A stretch of 32,000 nt of DNA from the NCBI GenBank assembly GCA_963718915.1, contig CAVRAI010000009.1:180001-212000 (forward strand), given 5' to 3'. Shown here piece after piece: positions 26,129 to 32,000 of the stretch. The notes under the pieces were generated by a model. It ran no database searches. It saw only the letters and a program-made list of their open reading frames with translations, and was not told the DNA's origin. Position numbers and translations under genes: made by a program. Origin of the DNA: an uncultured Chloroflexia bacterium. GTDB taxonomy: Bacteria > Chloroflexota > Ktedonobacteria > Ktedonobacterales > JADMIN01. Each line of letters opens with the position of its first letter. Position 1 is the stretch's first letter.

Positions 26129-28702
26129 ATGGATGTTGTGCAATTTGGACGGTGGCTTGGGGAGCGCCGTCGCGCCTGCGGCTGGACCAGCCAGCGCGCG
26201 CTGATGGATAGCGCGCTGGAACACCCCCACACACGCGATCTGGGGATCTCGGAGGCGTTTCTTGCGCGTCTGGAGGCTGGATTGCTGGCCTATCCCTTCC
26301 GCGGCGCGGTACGGAAACGTGTACTGGCATTAACCTGGCTGCTGTGCAAGTCGTCGCGTCAGACACGTGAATATCTGCGACTGGCCGGGCTGGCCGATCT
26401 GAGTGTTGAAGAACAGGAGATGGTGCGCACGGTGCTGGCGTCATTCAGCGATGCTACCCCTGTCGCGCCGCCGCTGCTGCTGCCAGCGCGCCCGCCACGT
26501 CTGCTGGGGCGAGCCGCCGCGCTCAACGAACTGCTGCGCACGCTGCGTACCGTGGAGACCGGGCTGTGTGTGGTGACGGGCATGCCCGGCGTCGGCAAGA
26601 GCGCGCTCGCCGCCGAGGCGCTGCACCTGATTGCCGCCGACGAGCGCGCGCGCCACGAGCTCTTCCCCGATGGCATCGTCACATTCAGCGGCGTCGGGCG
26701 GCGTGGCATGGGTGGCCTGCTGGCCCTGCTCGACGAACTGTGCGCGGTCTTCACCGCCGAGTCGTCGTCGGCGCGCGCCTCCACGCGACGTAGCGAGAAA
26801 CCCGCCTCCTCAGGCGAGCGGCTGGCGCGGCCCGATGTGGCTGGCACGCTCAACCGCACGCGCTCGGTGGTCGCCGAAAAGCGGTTTTTGCTGCTGCTCG
26901 ACGATATGGACGCGCGCTTCCCGCTCCGCGACGCGCTCGACGCCGTGTTGGCGGCCGGGCACGCCGCTGGCGGTGTCGGTCCAGCTGAGGCTGAGCGGCG
27001 CGTGGTGCTGGTGACGAGCCGGTATGCGCCGGAGGCGGCGCTGATTCGCATTCGTCAGGATGTGTCGCCACTCGATGCCGATGCGGCGCTGGCGCTATTC
27101 ACGGCGCTGCTTCAGCGCGACCTGACGCCGAGTGAGACGCTGCACGCGCGCGCGATCTGCATGGCGGTAGGCAATCTCCCGCTGGCGATTGAACTGGCGG
27201 CAACAGCGGCGATCTCCGAAGGTATCCCGCTGCCGCTGCTGGCGGCTCGACTGGCCAGCCACGCGCTCGACATCTCCGCCGATAGCCGTCGCGAGCTACG
27301 ATTGCGGCTGGAGCGCGAGCTGGACGCGGTAGATACTGAGGTGCGCGAGTTGTTCGCCCTGCTGGCGCTGCTGGGGACGCCCGCGTTTACCCTCGAAGCG
27401 GCGGCGGCCCTACGTGACGCGCGCTGGCCGGAGCCAACGGCTACCGACGAGGTCATTCCTGAACTGGCGGCGCTGGCCCCCGATGACGTGGCTGATGCGG
27501 AGACGGCGGAAGATCGGCTGGCGCGTACCGCGGCGCTGCTGGGCCAGCTAGTGCGTCATTCGTTGTTGCGTATCGAAGGCGACGACGCTGGTGGCCATGA
27601 TGATGACGATGATAATGGAGACGATGGCGATGACGATGACGATGGACCTGGCCCGGGGAGCGGCGTAGGCTTGCGTTATCACCTGCAGCCGCTGGTCTAT
27701 GCCTGCGCGCGCGAGCGGATGGAGCAACTAGACCCCGCTATGCGCGAGCGCGCGCTGCACAATGCGCAGCGCTATGCCTTGAGCTATCTGTGCAAACATG
27801 AGGAGCATCCTCTCGCGCTGGCGCGTCAGCGTGACTTCCTACTGGCGATGGTGGCCCGCGCGGCACGGGGCGGACAGCACGCGCAGGTGCAGCGGTTTGT
27901 CTTCGGGCTGACCGCCTCGCAACACAATCTCCTTGCCCTTCGCGAACGCAGCGCCAACCTGTTCACGCTGGCCATTCGTAGCAGCCGTCTGTTACATGAC
28001 TCGATGTCCGAGGCGCGGCTACTCAACCGGCTGGGGCTGCTCTACTACTACGACGGCTCGACGGCGCAGGCCCGGACGGCGTGGGAGACGAGCGCCAACC
28101 TCTGCGCGGAGTTAGCGGCGCGCGGCATCGCCAGCGGTGGGCTGGCGTGGTATCCGCTCTACAATCTGGCCCAGTTGACCTGGGAGCTTGGCGAGCTTGA
28201 GACGGCGCAACAGTATGCCGAGATGAGCCTTCATCACGCGCGAGAACACTGCCCGACGATGGTGCTGCCATCGCTGCTGACTCGCGCCATGGTCGCCCGC
28301 GCGTGTGGCGATCTCGTCGCGGCCAGGGCCGATCTGGAAGCGTGTCGCGATCTGAAGACCGCGCCGATGGAGGTTGGGCCGGTGGCGACGCTGATCGCCG
28401 GACTGCGGCCATGTATCGAGGCGGAGATGGCGCGGGTGGAAGGGGTCTACCGCCACTCGGTCGCGGCAACCGAGAAGAGTGTGGCCTATTTTCAGGCCGA
28501 GGATGACCTGTTGAGCGCGGCCAATGTGCTGTTGGAGCAGGCGCGCTATGCCGAAGTCCAGGATTTTCGCGCCGATGCGCGGCTCTTCGCGTCGCGTGCG
28601 GTGGCGCTCGGACGCAAGGCGCATGCCGAATTCGTCCAGGCGCGCGGCAAGGAGCTATTACTCCGCCTGAACAACAGCACGAGTTGCGCTCAGCCCGGCT
28701 GA
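26129..28702 (+). CDS. STAND-class NTPase: N-terminal XRE-type HTH + NB-ARC ATPase + C-terminal TPR-like repeats
   Basis: MDVVQFGRWLGERRRACGWTSQRAL (HTH). Walker A GMPGVGKS (26579-26602). Walker B FLLLLDDMD (~26885-26911). VLVTSR. GNLPLAIELAA (the NB-ARC GxPLA motif). Poly-Asp insert. C-terminal LLNRLGLLYYYDG.., YNLAQLTWELGELETAQQYAE.. repeats. Confidence 0.85.
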   Translation: MDVVQFGRWLGERRRACGWTSQRALMDSALEHPHTRDLGISEAFLARLEAGLLAYPFRGAVRKRVLALTWLLCKSSRQTREYLRLAGLADLSVEEQEMVRTVLASFSDATPVAPPLLLPARPPRLLGRAAALNELLRTLRTVETGLCVVTGMPGVGKSALAAEALHLIAADERARHELFPDGIVTFSGVGRRGMGGLLALLDELCAVFTAESSSARASTRRSEKPASSGERLARPDVAGTLNRTRSVVAEKRFLLLLDDMDARFPLRDALDAVLAAGHAAGGVGPAEAERRVVLVTSRYAPEAALIRIRQDVSPLDADAALALFTALLQRDLTPSETLHARAICMAVGNLPLAIELAATAAISEGIPLPLLAARLASHALDISADSRRELRLRLERELDAVDTEVRELFALLALLGTPAFTLEAAAALRDARWPEPTATDEVIPELAALAPDDVADAETAEDRLARTAALLGQLVRHSLLRIEGDDAGGHDDDDDNGDDGDDDDDGPGPGSGVGLRYHLQPLVYACARERMEQLDPAMRERALHNAQRYALSYLCKHEEHPLALARQRDFLLAMVARAARGGQHAQVQRFVFGLTASQHNLLALRERSANLFTLAIRSSRLLHDSMSEARLLNRLGLLYYYDGSTAQARTAWETSANLCAELAARGIASGGLAWYPLYNLAQLTWELGELETAQQYAEMSLHHAREHCPTMVLPSLLTRAMVARACGDLVAARADLEACRDLKTAPMEVGPVATLIAGLRPCIEAEMARVEGVYRHSVAATEKSVAYFQAEDDLLSAANVLLEQARYAEVQDFRADARLFASRAVALGRKAHAEFVQARGKELLLRLNNSTSCAQPG

Positions 28703-28764
28703 TGCCGCGGATTGGCAATCCCCTGGTGATGTGGCTGCTTCTCCTAATGCGCCCCTTACCTTAG

Positions 28765-28798
28765 AAATAGCTCCGGCAACGCTGGCTGGAGCTATTTT
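28765..28798 (+). terminator. Candidate terminator hairpin after the STAND gene
   Basis: AAATAGCTCC (28765-28774) pairs with GGAGCTATTT (28788-28797), 13-nt loop. The T-run is partly inside the stem, so efficiency is uncertain. Confidence 0.45.
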
Positions 28799-28864
28799 CG
28801 GGTATAGTGCTTCAAGAGGGGAATCCATTCTGCCCGCCAATCAGTTGTACCTGCGGAGGTTGCC

Positions 28865-30448
28865 ATGTCAGCCGCGCAGCCAGACGATTCCTGCCCCCGC
28901 CTTGCCGAGCTAATCGCCGCCCTCTCACTGGCCACTGACCTTGGTATCGGTCAGCCGATGGGATATACCCTGCGCATCTGCCTGCTTGCCCTTCACCTCG
29001 GCGCTGCCCTCGGCCTCAGCACGCACGAGCTATCTGAGGTCTACTACGTTGCGCTGCTAAGCGGAGTCGGTTGTACCGCTGATGCCCACGAGTCTGCGAT
29101 GTTGTTTGGTAATGATGTGACTGCGACAGCGCAACTTGCCACCATTGATATGGCCAGCCACCGAGAAATGCTCAACTTCCTGTTGCGACATGCAGGCGCA
29201 GGCAAGAGTCCATGGCGACGCTTGCGGATGACAGCCACTGCACTATCTGAGGGATCAGCGGGAGCGCGCGAGCCACTGGCTGCCCACTGTGAATCAGCCC
29301 GCATGCTGGCAGGCCAGTTTGGAATGGGCGACGGAGTCTCGCTGGGACTCAGCCACATCTTTGAGCGTTGGGATGGACACGGTTGGCCCTATCAACTCAA
29401 AGGTGAGACCAGCCAACGCTCGGCACGGATTGTCCAACTCGCGCGAGACGCAATAGTGTTTTACCGTATGGGAGGCGTTGAGGCTGCCGTGGCAGTGGTT
29501 CGCCAGCGGATGAGTGCCAAGTATGATCCCCACATAGCCCGGAGTTTCTGCCAGGAAGCGCCTCACCTGCTGGCCGCCACGGAGAGCCAGTCAGCCTGGG
29601 AGGCTGTGCTTGATAGAGAACTCGGCGCGCAGCCGCGTATGACAGATGGGCAGTTCGATACTGCCACTCAAGCCATCGCTGACTTCGTTGACCTGAAATC
29701 GCCCTGGCTGACCGGACATTCGCGTGGCGTTGCGGAGTTGGCGGCCGCCGCCGCTCGACGGCTTGGCTGGCAGGAACGGGCAGTCAGCATGGTACAGAGA
29801 GCAGGCAATCTTCACGATCTTGGACGAGTGGGTATATCGAGTGGCATCTGGGACAAGGCTGGGCCATTGACCGATGAGGAGTGGGAGCAGGTGCGACTGC
29901 ATTCCTACTATACTGAGCGGGTGTTGTCCCGCCCTGATGCTTTGGCGCGCCTGGGCAGCCTGGCTGCGGGGCATCACGAACGGCTCGATGGGTCTGGCTA
30001 TCACCGCCACATCCCGGCCACTCTGCTCTCTGAAGGTGCGCGGCTGTTGGCTGCCGCCGATTCCTACCACGCGATGATCGCGGCGCGGCCATACCGCCCG
30101 GCATCTACGCCCGACGTTGCTACCGCTACGCTACGCGATGAGGTTCGGCAGGGGCGGCTTGATGGCGAGGCGGTCAACGCTGTGCTGGCCGCGGCGGGCC
30201 ACAACGTCCAGGTGGCAAAGCGCGCATGGCCCGCCGGACTGAGCGAGCGCGAGGTTGAGGTGTTGCGTCTGGTCGCTCACGGCCTCTCCAGGCGCCAGAT
30301 AGGCCAACAGCTCTGTATCTCTGAGAAGACCGCCGATCATCACATCCAGCATATCTATACCAAGTGCGGCGTCTCGACACGGGCATCAGCCACACTCTTC
30401 GCCATGCAACATCGCCTCCTCAGCGACCTGGCCACCCTCACAGAATAG
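28865..30448 (+). CDS. Tandem HD-GYP-like domains (degenerate + near-canonical) fused to a LuxR-type HTH
   Basis: GGAGG RBS. Second module: GHSRGVAELA...NLHDLGRVGI...HHERLDGSGYHRH (29972-30004, GYH instead of GYP). First module has FERWDGHGWPYQLKGE but lacks the HD pair (LLSGVGCTAD). C-terminus LSEREVEVLRLVAHGLSRRQIGQQLCISEKTADHHIQHIYTKCGV is a LuxR/GerE HTH. Confidence 0.85.
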   Translation: MSAAQPDDSCPRLAELIAALSLATDLGIGQPMGYTLRICLLALHLGAALGLSTHELSEVYYVALLSGVGCTADAHESAMLFGNDVTATAQLATIDMASHREMLNFLLRHAGAGKSPWRRLRMTATALSEGSAGAREPLAAHCESARMLAGQFGMGDGVSLGLSHIFERWDGHGWPYQLKGETSQRSARIVQLARDAIVFYRMGGVEAAVAVVRQRMSAKYDPHIARSFCQEAPHLLAATESQSAWEAVLDRELGAQPRMTDGQFDTATQAIADFVDLKSPWLTGHSRGVAELAAAAARRLGWQERAVSMVQRAGNLHDLGRVGISSGIWDKAGPLTDEEWEQVRLHSYYTERVLSRPDALARLGSLAAGHHERLDGSGYHRHIPATLLSEGARLLAAADSYHAMIAARPYRPASTPDVATATLRDEVRQGRLDGEAVNAVLAAAGHNVQVAKRAWPAGLSEREVEVLRLVAHGLSRRQIGQQLCISEKTADHHIQHIYTKCGVSTRASATLFAMQHRLLSDLATLTE

Positions 30449-30572
30449 GGCGTTCGCCCGATGCTCCCACAGGCTCTTCCAGTTATCCTTAAGCCATGCG
30501 CGGCAGAACAAAGGCACAGCAGTGGCACACTACTCTTTGAATGTGCCGAACGAATTCCGCAAAGGGGGATAA

Positions 30573-31367
30573 ATGATGAACCGTATCATCTCGAAAGACA
30601 GCACGCCCATCGCATACCAGCAGAGCGGCAAAGGACCGCCGCTGGCGCTCGTGCATGGCACAACCGCCGACCACACCCGCTGGGCGCCTGTGCTTCAGCC
30701 CCTCGAAGAGCACTTTACCCTCTATGCGCTTGACCGGCGCGGGCGTGGCGAGAGCGGAGACGCCGACGCCGACCATTACTCCATCGAGCGCGAGTTTGAC
30801 GATGTGGCCGCGGTCGTCGACTCCATCGGCGAACCAGCACATCTGCTCGGCCACTCGTACGGCGCGCTCTGCTCGCTGGAGGCGGCTCTGCGCACAAAAA
30901 ACCTGCGCAAGCTCGTGCTGTATGAGCCACCTATCCCGACCGGTATCGAGCTTTATCCGAGTGCATCCGTCGAGCGTATACGGGCAGCGTTAGCGGCAGG
31001 AGATCGCGATGGCGCCGTCACCATCTTCATGCGCGAGATTGCTCAGGCGCCCCAGCGCGACCTGGACCTGTTGCGGTCGGCTCCGGCGTGGCAGGGGCGG
31101 GTGGCGGCGGCGCACACCATTCTGCGTGAGATACAAAGTTCAGATACCTATGTCTTCGAACCAGCGCGCTTCCACCAGATGACCGTGCCCACGCTGCTCT
31201 TGCTCGGCGGCGACAGCCCACCATTTCTCCAGCGCGCCACCCAGGCTGTGCAGGCCGCGCTGCCCAACAGCCGAATCGTTGTCATGCCGGGCCAACAGCA
31301 CGTGGCAATGAACTCAGCGCCCGAACTTTTTGTACGCGACGTTCTGCAATTTCTGCGGGCTGATTGA
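30573..31367 (+). CDS. Alpha/beta-fold hydrolase
   Basis: LALVHGTTADHTRWAPV...ALDRRGRGES...LLGHSYGA (GxSxG nucleophile elbow)...GQQHVAM (His). AAGGGGGA RBS. Confidence 0.8.
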   Translation: MMNRIISKDSTPIAYQQSGKGPPLALVHGTTADHTRWAPVLQPLEEHFTLYALDRRGRGESGDADADHYSIEREFDDVAAVVDSIGEPAHLLGHSYGALCSLEAALRTKNLRKLVLYEPPIPTGIELYPSASVERIRAALAAGDRDGAVTIFMREIAQAPQRDLDLLRSAPAWQGRVAAAHTILREIQSSDTYVFEPARFHQMTVPTLLLLGGDSPPFLQRATQAVQAALPNSRIVVMPGQQHVAMNSAPELFVRDVLQFLRAD

Positions 31368-31496
31368 AGAATCAGCGACTAATGACGCAGGCGCGTCAGT
31401 TCCGATCAGTGCGCGCATTGCTGTGATAGGGCTACTTCCTCCGTTGCGTCTTCCAGCGCATGGTACGCTGTTGTGCAAAACGGAGGTATTTTCGTG

Positions 31497-32000
31497 ATGA
31501 CAACGTACATAGCGTTGCTGCGGGGCATCAACGTCGGCGGACATCGGCTCATCAAAATGGCCGACTTGAGGACCATGTTCGAGGCGTTGGGCTTCGGCGG
31601 GGTGCAGACCTATATCCAGAGCGGGAACGTCGTTTTCCAGGCCGACGAGGCGGAACAGCCGCTGCGCGAGCGCATCGAGCAGCGGATCGCGGCGACGTTC
31701 GGCTTCGCGGTCACGGTCGCCCTGCGCACGCACGACGAACTGGCGCAGGTCATCGCGGATTGCCCGTTCGCGCCAGACGCGCTGCCTGAGGGCGAGAGCC
31801 TCTACGTCGCGCTGTTGGCGGAGGCGCCCACGCCAGAAGGCGTCGAGCGGCTGCTGGCGAGCAAGACCACGCCAGACGATTTCCGCATGCTGGGCCGCGA
31901 GGTCTATCTGCTCTACCGCCGAAGCATGCGCGAGAGCCAGCTCACGAACAACCTGCTCGAAAGCAGACTCGGCGTCCCCGCAACCTCGCGTAACTGGCGC
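31497..32000 (+). CDS. DUF1697 family protein (3' end outside window)
   Basis: My translation from ATG 31497 (GGAGG 10 nt upstream) is MTTYIALLRGINVGGHRLIKMADLRTMFEALGFGGVQTYIQSGNVVFQ.... This is the characteristic DUF1697 N-terminus. The frame stays open to the window end, so it is absent from the ORF track. Confidence 0.8.
   Translation, partial: MTTYIALLRGINVGGHRLIKMADLRTMFEALGFGGVQTYIQSGNVVFQADEAEQPLRERIEQRIAATFGFAVTVALRTHDELAQVIADCPFAPDALPEGESLYVALLAEAPTPEGVERLLASKTTPDDFRMLGREVYLLYRRSMRESQLTNNLLESRLGVPATSRNWR

Noticed and set aside
25756-26211. 151-aa + strand ORF, and the minus-strand ORFs at 25970-26232, across the STAND upstream region
   Set aside because: These frames stay open because of the 11-bp (33-bp, 11-aa) periodic repeats. 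There is no RBS and the composition is odd. The 3' end runs into the better-supported STAND gene start (HTH motif begins at ATG 26129).

Overview
High-GC bacterial chromosome window. Positions 1-21.9 kb (+ strand) hold the conserved ribosomal-protein supercluster: the 3' end of tuf, then the S10, spc and alpha blocks (rpsJ to rplQ, including secY, adk, map, infA, rpmJ and rpoA), followed by truA-rplM-rpsI and a clear intrinsic terminator. All 35 genes are recognisable from their translations. The cluster is atypical in two ways. Many proteins carry long low-complexity extensions or insertions: S3 and S5 have Arg/Gly/Pro tails, L4 a Lys/Ala/Thr tail, L3 and L17 internal inserts, L5 an N-terminal repeat. 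The genes are also separated by unusually long spacers (100-560 bp), several containing short perfect tandem repeats. Positions 21.9-32 kb are accessory. First comes an IS5-type transposase remnant. Next is a lower-GC islet on the minus strand encoding a membrane-anchored hypothetical protein and a secreted G1 (eqolisin-like) glutamic peptidase. The peptidase leader contains a perfect 27-bp x ~7.6 tandem array. After that come a TPR/multi-pass membrane protein and a 680-bp intergenic region with two inverted arrays of 11-bp-periodic repeats. These are followed by an HTH-NB-ARC-TPR STAND NTPase, a tandem HD-GYP-like/LuxR-HTH regulator, an alpha/beta hydrolase and a partial DUF1697 gene. Taxonomy is only a guess: Chloroflexota/Ktedonobacteria-like or another high-GC Terrabacteria lineage. 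No rRNA, tRNA or CRISPR array was seen. All homology calls rest on my recognition of motifs in the translations, not on database searches.
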